Assembly: GCA_964573155.1 (NCBI GenBank)
Contig: CAZNIN010000003.1
Span: 1-45,164 of the forward strand
DNA length: 45,164 nucleotides
Reading direction: 5' to 3'
DNA from: an uncultured Candidatus Saccharibacteria bacterium
Lineage (GTDB): Bacteria; Patescibacteriota; Saccharimonadia; Saccharimonadales; JAGQNK01
Made by a program: the position numbers and the translations under genes. Below the pieces are notes generated by a model. It had not been told where the DNA came from, did not search any database, and was given only the letters and a program-made list of their open reading frames with translations. Below, piece after piece: positions 44,304 through 45,164 of the stretch. Each line of letters opens with the position of its first letter. Within the stretch, counting starts at the first letter, position 1.

Positions 44304-45164
44304 CTATGCAGGGCCGATAGTTGTGACCGTGCCGCCCGACCCACGGTACTTGAGCGCACCAGCTTCAACGTATAAATACCCACCATCGACTGGATTGCCA
44401 GTAGGTGCTGTCTCGACATTCCCGATGAATATACCACGGTCCATGGATTGCCAGTCAGGCAGACTTGGAGAGAGTAAGGCTATGTTCTCACTCGTATCAG
44501 TCGCATCTGTAAAGAACATGTACGGCAGCGTATCTCCCGCCATCCTGACATCAGAGTTAGCATCTCCATTAATATTGAAGATGACCCTGCCCGCATTTGT
44601 GACAATGGCATTATTTGCCAGCGTACCAACATTTTGGTCCTTGATTTCAAGACCTGTCACAATTTCTGTTGCACCCGCTCCGGCATTAATCGCCTCATAA
44701 ACTAATATTCCTCGTGCGTGGCCAACTGTTCCTCCGCCTGTATTTACGGCAACAGCCGAAACGCCCAATAGCGTATCAATGGTGCCGCTGGCCTGTTGAG
44801 CATGAGCCGTTGCCGAGAGTCCAGTGAGACCCTGCAGGCTAGCAGCACCGCTATCCGGTGTCCGAGCAGCACCCGACACTCCTACGAATGAAGCAATGCC
44901 GTCATTTGGAGCTTGTATGGTAAATGCACCACCCGAGGTTTCTATTCCGCCAGTGTAATCAGATATATGAAGTTGCGAAATTTGTCCCGCAAGTTGGACG
45001 AGACTTGGTTGCGTGTAGTCGTTGTTGAAGAATAGGTTTTGCCCGACCTGAACGAAACCGGTGACATTGTCCAGTATAAACCAGCCTTCGGCTCCTAGGC
45101 TGCCGTTGTTGTTGAACTGAATATTCCCATCTGCACCTGCTGGCGTAATGCCCCCAATCCCTGA
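44304..45164 (-). CDS. phage tail-fibre-like protein, C-terminal part (5' end beyond the right window edge)
   Basis: The ORF-track GTG at 44879 is internal. My manual translation shows the frame stays open to nt 45164 (...GADGNIQFNNNGSLGAEGWFILDNVTGFVQVGQNL...). The NIQFNNNGxxG...F.YD motif and the C-terminal YLYVEAGALKYRGSGGTVTTIGPA are fibre-like. Gly/Thr/Asn/Ala-rich. Confidence 0.55.
   Translation of the reverse strand, partial: SGIGGITPAGADGNIQFNNNGSLGAEGWFILDNVTGFVQVGQNLFFNNDYTQPSLVQLAGQISQLHISDYTGGIETSGGAFTIQAPNDGIASFVGVSGAARTPDSGAASLQGLTGLSATAHAQQASGTIDTLLGVSAVAVNTGGGTVGHARGILVYEAINAGAGATEIVTGLEIKDQNVGTLANNAIVTNAGRVIFNINGDANSDVRMAGDTLPYMFFTDATDTSENIALLSPSLPDWQSMDRGIFIGNVETAPTGNPVDGGYLYVEAGALKYRGSGGTVTTIGPA

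Noticed and set aside
44252-44437. The 61-aa minus-strand ORF, and the 125-aa plus-strand ORF 44323..44700.
   Set aside because: Both overlap the fibre-like gene frame, which is open to the window edge. They lack start signals. The region 44106-44255 is better explained by the SD-preceded 49-aa ORF.

Overview
This is a densely coded 45.2-kb chromosomal window of about 55 protein genes and one tRNA. I found no rRNA, CRISPR array, IS element or integrase. The gene content suggests a small-genome, Gram-positive-type bacterium, probably CPR/Patescibacteria (Saccharibacteria-like). This is inference only. It rests on compact overlapping operons, an LCP ligase, Ddl, a MurF-like ligase, many membrane-anchored hypotheticals, and S16 and KH proteins with tails.

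Recognisable blocks:
- Housekeeping genes: leuS, ligA, ddl, a murF-like gene, trmD, rpsP, a KH protein, rnc, nusB, htpX, lemA and tRNA-Ala(GGC). rpmF (L32) is also present but is missing from the ORF track.
- A contiguous oxygen-handling block (15.6-26.3 kb): a Crp-family regulator, cyoABCDE quinol oxidase, DoxX, an FAD-linked dehydrogenase, NDH-2, and Ni-superoxide dismutase with its maturation protease.
- A CHASE histidine kinase with a stand-alone receiver.
- A membrane-anchored GH16 glucanase.

The most unusual content is a tightly coupled six-gene minus-strand operon (746-6185). It encodes signal-peptide-less, beta-rich proteins resembling phage receptor-binding hardware:
- two small beta-rich proteins;
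- a LamG protein with five C-terminal repeats;
- two tandem ~470-aa paralogs with propeller-like blades;
- a fibre-tip-like protein.

No virion, lysis or integration genes accompany this operon. A second fibre-like gene runs off the right edge.

All family assignments come from motif recognition by eye. No database search was run.
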